A stretch of DNA of 64,000 nucleotides from the NCBI GenBank assembly GCA_049840735.1, contig JASGJN010000023.1:96001-160000 (forward strand). The letters run 5' to 3'. The notes under the pieces are model-generated. The model saw only the letters and a list, made by a program, of their open reading frames with translations. It searched no databases and was not told the DNA's origin. The position numbers were made by a program, and so were the translations under genes. The DNA comes from Anaeromyxobacter sp. Its GTDB lineage: Bacteria > Myxococcota > Myxococcia > Myxococcales > Anaeromyxobacteraceae. The number at the start of each line of letters is the position of its first letter. Within the stretch, counting starts at the first letter, position 1. Positions 43,142-53,968 of the stretch are shown piece after piece.

Positions 43142-44485
43142 TCACGGGAGGAGCGCCTCCACGCTCTCACGGAACGCGGCCGTGTGTCGATCCACGTCGC
43201 CGGCGGTGGTCGCCGGCCCCATCAGGGCCATGTTGTGGAACGGGGTCATCAGGACGCCGCGGTTGAGCGCGGCGAGGTGCAGGTAACGCTCCAGCTCCGG
43301 GTCGGCCGCGGCCGCGGCCTCGCCGCCGTTGCGGGGCGGCACCTCGCGGAACCAGTACTCGGCGCGCGCCCCCAGCCGCTTCACGGTCCAGGGCAGGCCG
43401 TGGGCGGCGATGACCTCCTCCACCCCGGCCGCGAACCGCTCCGCCAGCGGGATCATCCGCGCGTAGGCCTCGGCGGTCAGCACCTGCTCCAGCGTGGCGC
43501 GCATGGCGGCCAGCTGGAGGGCGTTGCCGGCCAGCGTGCCGCCGATGCCGCCGGTGTCGGCCAGGTCGGCGGAGGAGCGGCGCCGCCAGCGCTCCGCCAC
43601 CTCGGCGGAGAAGCCGTACGCGGCCGCCGGCAGGCCGCTGGCCACCGGCTTGCCCACCGTGACCAGGTCCGGCGTGAGCCCCCAGGCGGCGGTGCAGCCG
43701 CCCGGCCCGGCGGAGAGGGTGTGCGTCTCGTCCAGCACCAGGAGCGTCCCGGCGCGCCGGGTCAGCTCGCGCAGGCGCGCGTGGAAGCCGGGCTCCGGCA
43801 GCACGATGCCGACGTTGGTGAGGGCCGGCTCGGTCAGCACGCAGGCCACGTCGCCGTGGGCCAGCTCGCGCTCCAGGCCGGCCACGTCGTTGAACTCCAC
43901 CACCCGCGTGGTGAGGGCCGGATCCACCGGCGGCCCGATGGCGCCCGGGCGCGGGACCACCCGGCCGCCGTCCAGCACGGCGAAGGTCTCGTCCACGGTG
44001 CCGTGGTAGCACCAGGAGAAGACCAGGATCCTCGGCCGGCCGGTGACGTGCCGGGCGATGCGGAGGGCGAACCGGTTGGCGTCGGTGGCGGTGGTGGCGA
44101 TCTGCCAGGCGGGGAGCCCGAAGCGGCGGGCCAGCTCGGCCGAGACCGCCAGGGCGTCCTCGGTCGGCAGCATGAAGGTGAGCCCGCGCGCGAGCTGCGA
44201 CTGGATCGCGGCCACGGCCGCGGGCGGCGCGTGGCCGGTCATGGCGCCGGTGTCGCCCAGGCACAGATCGACGTACTCCCGCCCGTCCACGTCGGTGAAG
44301 CGGGCGCCGGACGCCCGCTCCACGAAGAGGGGGAAGGCGCCGGCCCAGCGCACCATCCAGCTCATGGGCACGCCGTCGTGCAGGTGCGCGCGGGCCTGCT
44401 CGGAGAGCGCCCGCGAGCGCGGGTGCTCCTCCCGGAAGCGGGCAAGCTCGCGCTCCAGCGCGGCGGCGAGGCGGTGGCGAAGCAT
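43142..44485 (-). CDS. Class-III aminotransferase (glutamate-semialdehyde-aminomutase-like subfamily)
   Basis: GVPMSWM, DVDGREYVDLCLGDTGAMTGH, YHG, DETH, GKPVASG, GGTLAGN. Confidence 0.88.
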   Translation of the reverse strand: MLRHRLAAALERELARFREEHPRSRALSEQARAHLHDGVPMSWMVRWAGAFPLFVERASGARFTDVDGREYVDLCLGDTGAMTGHAPPAAVAAIQSQLARGLTFMLPTEDALAVSAELARRFGLPAWQIATTATDANRFALRIARHVTGRPRILVFSWCYHGTVDETFAVLDGGRVVPRPGAIGPPVDPALTTRVVEFNDVAGLERELAHGDVACVLTEPALTNVGIVLPEPGFHARLRELTRRAGTLLVLDETHTLSAGPGGCTAAWGLTPDLVTVGKPVASGLPAAAYGFSAEVAERWRRRSSADLADTGGIGGTLAGNALQLAAMRATLEQVLTAEAYARMIPLAERFAAGVEEVIAAHGLPWTVKRLGARAEYWFREVPPRNGGEAAAAADPELERYLHLAALNRGVLMTPFHNMALMGPATTAGDVDRHTAAFRESVEALLP

Positions 44486-44495
44486 GGCGACCCTC

Positions 44496-45584
44496 TCAGC
44501 GCGACTTCACCTGCGTCCAGACCTCGTCGTAGAGCTGGTTCTGGTCCCCCAGGTCGTTCACGAACTCGAGCTTCGACATCATCTCGGGGGGCGGGTAGAT
44601 GGCCGGGTTCTTCGCGTCGTCGGCGTTCACCAGCGCGCGGGCGGCCTTGTTGGGCGTGGCGTACTGGTTGAAGTCGGAGAGCTGGGCGCCGATCTCGGGG
44701 GAGAGGATGAAGTCGATGAACTTCTCGGCCACGTCGCGGTGGGGCGCCTTGGCCGGGATGGCCAGGTTGTCCACCCAGATCACGCCGCCCTCCTTGGGCA
44801 CGAAGTAGTAGGTCTCCGGGTCGTCCTTGGCCCCCTTGACCGCGTCGCCGTTGTAGACCACGGCCGCGGTGATGGCCTTGGCCAGCACCTTGTTCTTGCC
44901 GCCCACGCCGCCCTCGAACCCCTGCGAACGCTTCTTGGCCTCGGCCAGCGCGGCGGCCATCTTCTGCAGCTGCGCCTTGTCGGTGCTGTTGACGCTGTAG
45001 CCCATGAACTTGAGCGTGGAGCCCATCATCTCGCGCGAGGAGTCCATGAGCAGGAACGGCCCCGGCCCCTTCTTCGCGTCGAAGAGCAGGCCCCAGGTCT
45101 CGTCGATCTGCTTGCCGGCCGGCTTGCGCAGGAAGATGCCGACGGTGCCCCACTGGTAGGCGGCGGAGTACCTGTTGCCCGGGTCGTAGGACGGGTTCAC
45201 GAACTTCTCGTCCAGGTTCCTCAGGTTGGGGATGTTGGCGTGGCGCAGCTCGGCCAGCAGCCCCAGCTTGGCCATGGCCGGCACCACGTAGTTGCCGGGC
45301 ACGACCACGTCGTAGAGCGAGGTGCCGCCGCCCTGCAGCTTGGCGATCATCGACTCGTTGTCCTCGTAGAGGTCGATGGTCACCTTGCAGTCGTACTTCT
45401 GCTCGAACTTCTTCACGATCTCCGGGTCGATGTACTCCGACCAGATGAAGAGGTTGAGCCTGCACGGCTCCGCCTGCGCGGCGGCGGGCTGGGCCGGCGC
45501 GGCGGCGGCGGGCGGCTCCGACGGCCTGGAGCAGGCGGCGAGGGCGAGCAGGGCCGCGGCTGCGGCCGGGAGGGCGGTGCGCAT
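44496..45584 (-). CDS. potD: Spermidine/putrescine ABC substrate-binding lipoprotein
   Basis: Lipobox LAA|C; LNLFIWSEYID, NESMIAKL, YQWGTVG, PKEGGVIWVDN. Confidence 0.9.
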   Translation of the reverse strand: MRTALPAAAAALLALAACSRPSEPPAAAAPAQPAAAQAEPCRLNLFIWSEYIDPEIVKKFEQKYDCKVTIDLYEDNESMIAKLQGGGTSLYDVVVPGNYVVPAMAKLGLLAELRHANIPNLRNLDEKFVNPSYDPGNRYSAAYQWGTVGIFLRKPAGKQIDETWGLLFDAKKGPGPFLLMDSSREMMGSTLKFMGYSVNSTDKAQLQKMAAALAEAKKRSQGFEGGVGGKNKVLAKAITAAVVYNGDAVKGAKDDPETYYFVPKEGGVIWVDNLAIPAKAPHRDVAEKFIDFILSPEIGAQLSDFNQYATPNKAARALVNADDAKNPAIYPPPEMMSKLEFVNDLGDQNQLYDEVWTQVKSR

Positions 45585-46387
45585 CAGGCTTCTCCTCTGC
45601 GGTTGCGGGGGCGCTGCAGGAACACGGCCGCCAGCGTGCCCAGGATCGAGGCGAGCACGATGAGGGTCGAGAGGGCGTTGATGTCCGGGGTGATGCCGCG
45701 CTTCACCGACGAGTAGATGAGGATGGGCAGCGTGGTGGCCCCGGGGCCGGTGGTGAAGAAGCTCACCACGAAGTCGTCGATGGAGAGGGTGAAGGCCAGC
45801 GCGGCGCCGGCCACCACCGCTGGCAGGATGGCCGGCAGCGTGACGTGCAGGAAGGCCTGGAGCGACGAGGCCCCCAGGTCGTGCGCCGCCTCCTCGATGG
45901 CCGGGTCCATGCCCACCAGGCGCGAGCGGACCACGATGGCCACGAAGGGGATCTGGAAGGTGACGTGGGCCAGGATCATGGTGGCCATGCCCAGCTCCAG
46001 CAGGCCGGTCCACTCTCGCACCAGCGCGTAGAACATCAGCATGGCCACGGCCATCACGATGTCCGGGATGACCACCGGGATGTACATGAGCCAGGAGAAG
46101 ACCTTCTTCCCCGGGAACCGGTAGCGCGAGAGGCCGTAGCCCAGCCCGGTGCCGAGCAGGGTGGAGAGCGCCGTGCTCACCACGCCCAGCGTGAGCGTGT
46201 TCCAGGCGGCCTGCAGCTTCTCCGGGCTGTCGAGCAGCGTGCCGTACCAGCGCAGCGTGAAGCCGCGCCAGGGGCCGCCGTGGCGCGCCGAGTTGAAGGA
46301 GTAGACGATCACCACCGCGATGGGCGCGTACAGGAAGACGTAGAGCAGCCCGGAGACGAGCCAGAGCGGCCAGCGCGCGCGCCTCAC
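45584..46387 (-). CDS. potC: Spermidine/putrescine ABC permease
   Basis: FLYAPIAVVIVYSFN, IEEAAHDLGA, FTLSIDDF. Confidence 0.92.
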   Translation of the reverse strand: MRRARWPLWLVSGLLYVFLYAPIAVVIVYSFNSARHGGPWRGFTLRWYGTLLDSPEKLQAAWNTLTLGVVSTALSTLLGTGLGYGLSRYRFPGKKVFSWLMYIPVVIPDIVMAVAMLMFYALVREWTGLLELGMATMILAHVTFQIPFVAIVVRSRLVGMDPAIEEAAHDLGASSLQAFLHVTLPAILPAVVAGAALAFTLSIDDFVVSFFTTGPGATTLPILIYSSVKRGITPDINALSTLIVLASILGTLAAVFLQRPRNRRGEA

Positions 46388-47337
46388 AGCAGCCCCTCCT
46401 CGCCCTTGGCCGCGGCCACGCGGGCCTGGAGCCAGAGCCCCAGCAGCACCACCGCCATGCCCACCAGCGCGATGGCCGAGCCGAAGGGCCAGTCGCGGCT
46501 GCCGCCGAACTGCTGCTGGATGGCGTTGCCGAGCAGGACGGTCTTGGCGCCGCCCAGCAGGTCGGGGATGACGAACTGGCCGGTGGCGGGGATGAAGACC
46601 AGGATCATCCCGGCCACCATGCCGGGCATGACCTGCGGGAGGATGGCGTGCCGGAACACCCGCGGCCCGTCGGCGCCCAGGTCGGAGGCGGCCTCGGCCA
46701 GCGACCAGTCGATCTTCTCCACCGCGGTGTAGAGCGGCAGCACCAGGAACGGCAGGTAGGCGCAGAGCATCCCCAGGTAGACGGCGAAGGTGCTGGGGTA
46801 GAGCGGCGCCCCCGCGTCCACGATCCGCAGCGCGGCGGCGGCGCGGGCCAGCAGGCTGTCCGGGCCGAGCAGCAGCTGCCAGGCGTAGGTGCGGATGAGC
46901 AGGTTGGTCCAGAACGGGATGATCACCAGCGTGAGCGCCACCTGCTTGGCCCGGGCCGGCAGGCGCGCGATGAAGAACGCCAGCGGGAACGCGGCCAGCA
47001 GGGAGGCGGCGGTGGTGCCCGCGGCCAGCCCCAGGCTGCGCAGGATGATGAACGGGTACTGCGGATCGAAGCCGAGCAGGCCGAAGCCGGCCAGCCGCCG
47101 GTAGGCCTGGAGCGTGAAGGGCAGGCGCAGCTCGCCGTACGCGCCGCGGGTCATGAAGCTCATGACCACGATGCCCAGCAGCGGCACCAGCAGGAAGACC
47201 GTGACCCAGGCGATGCCGGGGCCGCTGGTGAAGGCGGACCGCAGCACGTGGCCGAGGTCGGTGAGCTGCTCGCCGAAGCGCACCTCGCGGTGCGGGACCT
47301 TCCTCGGGAGGCGGTGGCGCGCGGCGGCGGTGGCCAT
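46384..47337 (-). CDS. potB: Spermidine/putrescine ABC permease
   Basis: IPFWTNLLIRTYAW, LAEAASDLGA, RDWPFGSA. Confidence 0.92.
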   Translation of the reverse strand: MATAAARHRLPRKVPHREVRFGEQLTDLGHVLRSAFTSGPGIAWVTVFLLVPLLGIVVMSFMTRGAYGELRLPFTLQAYRRLAGFGLLGFDPQYPFIILRSLGLAAGTTAASLLAAFPLAFFIARLPARAKQVALTLVIIPFWTNLLIRTYAWQLLLGPDSLLARAAAALRIVDAGAPLYPSTFAVYLGMLCAYLPFLVLPLYTAVEKIDWSLAEAASDLGADGPRVFRHAILPQVMPGMVAGMILVFIPATGQFVIPDLLGGAKTVLLGNAIQQQFGGSRDWPFGSAIALVGMAVVLLGLWLQARVAAAKGEEGLL

Positions 47338-48509
47338 CAGTCCTCCAGGACCACCAGCGCGCCGGCCGGCAGCTCGAGCTGGACCTTCTCGCCGGTGCGG
47401 AGGGCGCGCGGGGCGGCGCCCCCGGCGCCGGTGTTGAGCGCCAGCGCGGTGAAGGTGCTGGGGCCGGCCTTGAGCACGTACTGCGAGGACGTGCCGACGT
47501 AGATGACGTGCTCGACGGTGGCGGTGATCCGGTTCTCGCCGCGGGTGCCGTCGGTGACGATGCGCACCTTGGCCGGCCGGGCCGCCAGCGTCACCCTGCC
47601 GGTGGGCGCCGGGGCGGTGGGGTCGAGGCCGGCGCGCAGCACGCCCACCGGCGTCTCCACCAGGAACTCGCCCGGCGCGGAGGAGGTGACGGTCCCCTCG
47701 ATCAGGTTGACCGTCCCCAGGAAGCCGCCCACGAACCGGTTGCGCGGGTGCTCGTAGAGCGCGTGCGCCTCGCCCAGCTGCTCGATCCTCCCGGCGCGCA
47801 TCACCGCGATCCGGTCGCTCATGGTGAGCGCCTCCTCCTGATCGTGGGTGACGAACACGAAGGTGATGCCCAGCCGGCGCTGCAGCGCCTTGAGCTCCAC
47901 CTGCAGCTCCTTGCGCAGCTTGAGGTCCAGCGCGCCCAGCGGCTCGTCCAGCAGCAGGACCTGGGGCTCGTTGACCAGCGCGCGGGCCAGCGCCACGCGC
48001 TGCTTCTGGCCGCCGGAGAGCTGGCCCGGCTTGCGGCCGGCGAAGGAGGTGATCTGCACCAGCTCCAGCGCGCGGTCCACGCGCTGCCCCAGCTCCGGCT
48101 CGCGCACCTTCTTCATCCGCAGGCCGAAGGCGACGTTGTCGCGCACCGAGAGGTGCGGGAAGAGCGCGTAGGACTGGAAGACGGTGTTGACCGGGCGGCG
48201 GTGCGCCGGGAGGTCGAGCGCGTCCACCCCGCCGATCCGGACCGCCCCCGCGTCGGCCACGTCCAGGCCGCCGATGATCCGGAGCAGGGTGGTCTTCCCG
48301 CAGCCGGACGGCCCCAGCATGGAGAAGAACTCGCCCTTGCGGATGGTGAGGCTGACCCGGTCCAGGGCGGCGAAGTCGCCGAAGCGGCGGGAGACGGCCT
48401 CGATCTCGATGGCGGGCGAGGCGTCGCGGGGGAGGGGGGTGGGCGCGGGGCGGGCGCCGTCGGGGACCGGATCCGGGGTGGTGGCGGGCATGGCGCTCGG
48501 GGTTCCCAT
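47337..48509 (-). CDS. potA: Spermidine/putrescine ABC ATP-binding protein
   Basis: [41 protein letters not shown] overlaps the gabT stop. Confidence 0.92.
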   Translation of the reverse strand: MGTPSAMPATTPDPVPDGARPAPTPLPRDASPAIEIEAVSRRFGDFAALDRVSLTIRKGEFFSMLGPSGCGKTTLLRIIGGLDVADAGAVRIGGVDALDLPAHRRPVNTVFQSYALFPHLSVRDNVAFGLRMKKVREPELGQRVDRALELVQITSFAGRKPGQLSGGQKQRVALARALVNEPQVLLLDEPLGALDLKLRKELQVELKALQRRLGITFVFVTHDQEEALTMSDRIAVMRAGRIEQLGEAHALYEHPRNRFVGGFLGTVNLIEGTVTSSAPGEFLVETPVGVLRAGLDPTAPAPTGRVTLAARPAKVRIVTDGTRGENRITATVEHVIYVGTSSQYVLKAGPSTFTALALNTGAGGAAPRALRTGEKVQLELPAGALVVLED

Positions 48510-49819
48510 CACGGGGTGTCGGACACCACCCGGAGCCCTTCCTCCAGGATGGCCAGGCCGCGCTCCAGCTCGGCGTCGGTGATGACCAGGGGCATCAGCG
48601 TGCGGATCACGTTGCCGTGGTGGCCGCAGGAGAGGAGCACCAGCCCGCGCTCGAAGCACCAGGCCACCAGCCGCTTCGTCGCGTCGGTGGCCGGGGTCCT
48701 GAGCGCCCGGTCGGTGACCAGCTCCAGCGCCAGCATGGGGCCGAGGCCGCGCACCTCGCCGACCATGGGGTAGCGCTGCGCCAAGGCGTCGAACCGCTCG
48801 CGCACCTTGCGCCCCAGCGCCTGCGCCTGGTCGAGCAGCCCGTCCTTCTCCAGCAGGTCCAGCACCGCCAGCGCCGCGGCCGCGGCCACCGGGTTGCCGC
48901 CGTAGGTGCCGCCCAGGCCGCCGGGGTGGACCCGGTCCATCAGCTCGGCCGTGCCGGTCACGGCGGAGAGCGGCAGCCCGCCGCCCAGGCTCTTGGCGGT
49001 GGTGACCAGGTCCGGCACCACGCCCGGCCAGTGCTGGATGGCCAGCATGGTGCCGGTGCGCCCCATGCCGCTCTGGATCTCGTCGATGATGAGCAGGATG
49101 CCGTGCTTGCGGCAGATGGCCTGCAGCCGCGCGAAGTACTCCGGCGGCGGCGTGACGAAGCCGCCCTCGCCCTGGACCGGCTCGGCGATCACCGCCGCCA
49201 CCTGCTCGGCGGCCACGCCGCCGGCGAAGACCTCCTCCAGCGCGTCGGCGCAGGCCACGTCGCAGGACGGGTAGCGCTTGCCCAGCGGGCAGCGGTAGCA
49301 GTACGGGCTGGGGGCCCGGTAGACCTCCGGCGCGTAGGGGCCGAAGCCCAGCTTGTAGGGCTTCACCTTGGCGGTGAGCGTCATGCCCAGCAGCGTCCGG
49401 CCGTGGAAGCCGTTCTCGAGCGCGATCACGGCCGGCCGCCCGGTGGCGTGGCGCGCGATCTTGACCGCGTTCTCCACCGCCTCGGCGCCGCTGTTGAGCA
49501 GGACGGTCTTCTTCGGCGCGTCGCCGGGCGGCAGCGCGTTGAGGCGCGCCGCGACGTCCACGTAGGGCGCGTACATGGCCACGTGGAAGCAGGCGTGGAG
49601 CAGCTTCTCCGCCTGCGCCTTCACCGCCTCGACCACCTTGGGGTGGGCGTGGCCGACGTTGTCCACGCCGATGCCGCCCGCGAAGTCGATCAGCTCGCGG
49701 CCGTCGAGGTCCACCATCACGGCGCCGCGAGCCTCCCGGATCACGGTCCGGTGGACGTTGCCGACGCCGCGCGGGACGTGGCGGTCGCGGAGGGCGAGGT
49801 ACTCCGCCTGCGTGGACAT
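48509..49819 (-). CDS. gabT: 4-aminobutyrate aminotransferase
   Basis: DFAGGIGV, NSGAEAVENAVKIAR, FHGRT, EPVQGEGGF, DEIQSG, AKSLGGG, GGTYGGNP. Confidence 0.93.
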   Translation of the reverse strand: MSTQAEYLALRDRHVPRGVGNVHRTVIREARGAVMVDLDGRELIDFAGGIGVDNVGHAHPKVVEAVKAQAEKLLHACFHVAMYAPYVDVAARLNALPPGDAPKKTVLLNSGAEAVENAVKIARHATGRPAVIALENGFHGRTLLGMTLTAKVKPYKLGFGPYAPEVYRAPSPYCYRCPLGKRYPSCDVACADALEEVFAGGVAAEQVAAVIAEPVQGEGGFVTPPPEYFARLQAICRKHGILLIIDEIQSGMGRTGTMLAIQHWPGVVPDLVTTAKSLGGGLPLSAVTGTAELMDRVHPGGLGGTYGGNPVAAAAALAVLDLLEKDGLLDQAQALGRKVRERFDALAQRYPMVGEVRGLGPMLALELVTDRALRTPATDATKRLVAWCFERGLVLLSCGHHGNVIRTLMPLVITDAELERGLAILEEGLRVVSDTP

Positions 49820-49903
49820 GGTGCGTGTGGCTCCCTGGCGGCTCGACCCGGCGGGGCCGGCCGACCTGCGTTCACCCTGCGTGGATGACTTCGCGGGAAG
49901 GAG

Positions 49904-49920
49904 AGCACCCGGCGTGCCAA
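49904..49920 (-). promoter_or_regulatory. Sigma54 promoter of the gabT-pot operon
   Basis: Minus-strand TTGGCACGCCGGGTGCT, near-consensus -24/-12. Confidence 0.75.
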
Positions 49921-50012
49921 GCGAGGCCGCTCGGGGCCGCTCCCCCCGCGGAGCGCGCGGCGGAGCCGAAACCCGCGCCGTCCCTGGGGGTGGCCCCCGG
50001 GGCCTGCCGTGG

Positions 50013-50050
50013 CGGCGATGCAGGATTGCCTGCCTCATGCCGATGTGCAT
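50013..50050. promoter_or_regulatory. Putative upstream activator sites (ATGC-N6-GCAT)
   Basis: ATGCAGGATTGCCT (50018) and ATGCCGATGTGCAT (50037), ~100 bp from the sigma54 site. Confidence 0.55.
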
Positions 50051-50059
50051 AGCTGCGCC

Positions 50060-51559
<1,500 letters not shown>

Positions 51560-51563
51560 CACC

Positions 51564-51590
51564 GTTCGTGCCGGCGAAGCCGGCACGAAC
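51564..51590 (+). terminator. 12-bp hairpin just after the activator stop
   Basis: GTTCGTGCCGGC-GAA-GCCGGCACGAAC; no U-tract. Confidence 0.5.
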
Positions 51591-51681
51591 CGCCTCTGGT
51601 CCTGGCCCCGGCTTCGCTCGGAACGGGCCGGGGCCCGGTTCGCAGGCAGCCCCTGCCTGCGCACGGTCCGGCTTCACCTTC

Positions 51682-51802
51682 CGGCGATGCAGGCGGGCAT
51701 GAGGTGCCCCGGGCAGGGCGCGCAGCGGCGGTCGCCGGCGCCGCTGCGCTCCGTCCGGACGCGGGCTTGGAGCGCTAGACGGCTCGTGGCACGGTTCTGG
51801 CT
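51682..51802 (+). promoter_or_regulatory. Activator site and sigma54 promoter of gabD
   Basis: ATGCAGGCGGGCAT (51687-51700) and TGGCACGGTTCTGGCT (51787-51802, GG-N10-GC). Confidence 0.65.
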
Positions 51803-51851
51803 CTTCCCCGACCCAGCTCCAGAGCCCGCGCCCGGCGCGAGAGGATCGACG

Positions 51852-53324
51852 ATGCCCGCCCCTGTTCCGCTGAAGGACGACTTCCTGCTCCGCCAGCGCG
51901 CCTACCTGCGCGGCGCGTGGACAGAGGCGGACGACGGCCGGACCATCCCCGTCACCAACCCGGCCAGCGGCGAGGTGATCGGCACCGTGCCGCGCATGGG
52001 CGCCGCCGAGACCCGCCGCGCCATCGAGGCGGCCGAGGACGCGCTGCCCGGCTGGCGGTCGCGCACCGCCAGGGAGCGCGCCGCCGTCCTGCGCCGCTGG
52101 TTCGAGCTGGTGATGCAGAACCAGGAGGACCTGGCCACCCTCATGACCGCCGAGCAGGGAAAGCCCATGACCGAGTCGCGCGGCGAGATCGCCTACGCGG
52201 CCTCCTACCTCGAGTGGTTCTCCGAGGAGGGGAAGCGGGTCTACGGCGACACCATCCCCGGCCACCAGGCCGACAAGCGCATCCTGGTGCTGAAGGAGCC
52301 GGTGGGCGTGGTGGCCGCCATCACCCCCTGGAACTTCCCCGCCGCCATGATCACCCGCAAGGCCGCCGCGGCCCTGGCCGCCGGCTGCACCGTGGTGGTG
52401 AAGCCCGCCACCGCCACCCCCTTCTCCGCGCTGGCGCTGGCCGAGCTGGGCGAGCGCGCCGGCCTGCCGCCGGGCGCGCTCAACGTGGTCACCGGCGACT
52501 CCGGCCCCATCGGCCGCGAGCTGACCTCCCACCCGGCCGTGCGCAAGCTCTCCTTCACCGGCTCCACCGAGGTGGGCAAGCAGCTGATGGCCCAGTGCGC
52601 CGGCACCATGAAGAAGGTCTCGATGGAGCTGGGCGGCAACGCGCCCTTCCTGGTCTTCGACGACGCCGACGTGGACGCGGCCGTGGTGGGCGCGCTGGCC
52701 TCCAAGTACCGCAACAGCGGCCAGACCTGCGTCTGCACCAACCGCTTCCTGGTGCAGGCCGGGATCCACGACGCCTTCGCGCGCAAGCTGGCCGAGGCGG
52801 TGGGCAAGCTGAAGGTGGGCGACGGGCTGCAGGCCGGGACGCAGCAGGGGCCGCTCATCGACGAGGCGGCGGTGAAGAAGGTGGAGGAGCACCTGGCCGA
52901 CGCGCTGCGGAAGGGCGGCAAGGTGCTGGCCGGCGGCGCGCGCCACGCGCTGGGCGGGACCTTCTTCCAGCCCACGGTGATCGTGGGCGCCACGCCGGAG
53001 ATGGCGCTGGCGCGGGAGGAGACCTTCGGCCCGGTGGCCCCGCTGTTCCGCTTCGAGACCGAGGCCGAGGCCATCCAGCTGGCCAACGACACCGAGTTCG
53101 GCCTGGCCGCCTACTGCTACACCCGCGACCTGGCGCGGGCCTGGCGCGTCTCCGAGGCGCTCGAGTACGGCATGGTGGGGCTCAACACCGGCCTCATCTC
53201 CACCGAGGTGGCGCCCTTCGGCGGCGTGAAGGAGTCCGGCGTCGGCCGCGAGGGGTCGAAGTACGGCATCGAGGACTACCTGGTGGTGAAGTACGTCTGC
53301 ATCGGGGGGATCGGGCCGGCCTGA
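51852..53324 (+). CDS. gabD: Succinate-semialdehyde dehydrogenase (NADP+)
   Basis: ITPWNFPAAMITRK, SFTGSTEVG, MELGGNAP, RNSGQTCVC, ETFGP, GREGSKYG. Confidence 0.95.
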   Translation: MPAPVPLKDDFLLRQRAYLRGAWTEADDGRTIPVTNPASGEVIGTVPRMGAAETRRAIEAAEDALPGWRSRTARERAAVLRRWFELVMQNQEDLATLMTAEQGKPMTESRGEIAYAASYLEWFSEEGKRVYGDTIPGHQADKRILVLKEPVGVVAAITPWNFPAAMITRKAAAALAAGCTVVVKPATATPFSALALAELGERAGLPPGALNVVTGDSGPIGRELTSHPAVRKLSFTGSTEVGKQLMAQCAGTMKKVSMELGGNAPFLVFDDADVDAAVVGALASKYRNSGQTCVCTNRFLVQAGIHDAFARKLAEAVGKLKVGDGLQAGTQQGPLIDEAAVKKVEEHLADALRKGGKVLAGGARHALGGTFFQPTVIVGATPEMALAREETFGPVAPLFRFETEAEAIQLANDTEFGLAAYCYTRDLARAWRVSEALEYGMVGLNTGLISTEVAPFGGVKESGVGREGSKYGIEDYLVVKYVCIGGIGPA

Positions 53325-53476
53325 GCGGGCCGCGGGCGCAAGGCCTCGGGTGAGGCGCCGCTCCGGCGGCCCATCGGGAGCCGCCCTGCGCCTCGCCCCC
53401 GAAACTTCACCTGACCGGCGCAGCGGCGTCGCGCGTCCAGGGCACAACTCCTCCGCACCGAACGGAGGACCTCCCC

Positions 53477-53968
53477 TTGCCCCACGCGCTGGTCGCGCTC
53501 GCGCTGCTGCTGTCATCCCCGCCCGCCGGCCCCTCGGCGGACCCCGCCCGGCTCGAGCTGGCGCGGCTCCACGTCCAGACGCCCGCCGGTCCCCGCCTGT
53601 CACCCGAGGTCGAGGCGCTGCGCGGCCGGCGCGTGCGCGTGGCCGGCTACATGGCGCGCATGGAGGACCCGCCCCGCGGCGCGCTCTACCTGACGCTCGC
53701 GCCCATCGAGGCCGAGGAGGGCGGCGCCGGCACCGGCGATCTCCCGCCCGGCGCGCTGCGGGTCGAGCTCCCCGCGCTCGCCGGCGAGGAGGTGCCCTGG
53801 GTGCCGGACGTGATCGAGGCCGTCGGCACGCTCGAGGTGGGCCGCGCCGAGGACCCCGGCGGCCGCGTCTCCTTCCTCCGCGTGGTGGTCGACGCCGCGC
53901 CCTCCCAGCCTGCCGCCTCGTCCGAGGCGGATCACCCCAGCCGTCCGCAGAAGGAGAACAACCCTTGA
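53477..53968 (+). CDS. Exported hypothetical protein, DUF3299-like
   Basis: TTG start with GGAGG RBS; LRGRRVRVAGYM...IEAVGTLEVG pattern; stop overlaps the phosphatase start. Confidence 0.6.
   Translation: MPHALVALALLLSSPPAGPSADPARLELARLHVQTPAGPRLSPEVEALRGRRVRVAGYMARMEDPPRGALYLTLAPIEAEEGGAGTGDLPPGALRVELPALAGEEVPWVPDVIEAVGTLEVGRAEDPGGRVSFLRVVVDAAPSQPAASSEADHPSRPQKENNP

Noticed and set aside
43142..44485. hemL assignment
   Set aside because: Has GVPMSWM rather than the HemL GGVNSPVR motif and lies in a polyamine operon
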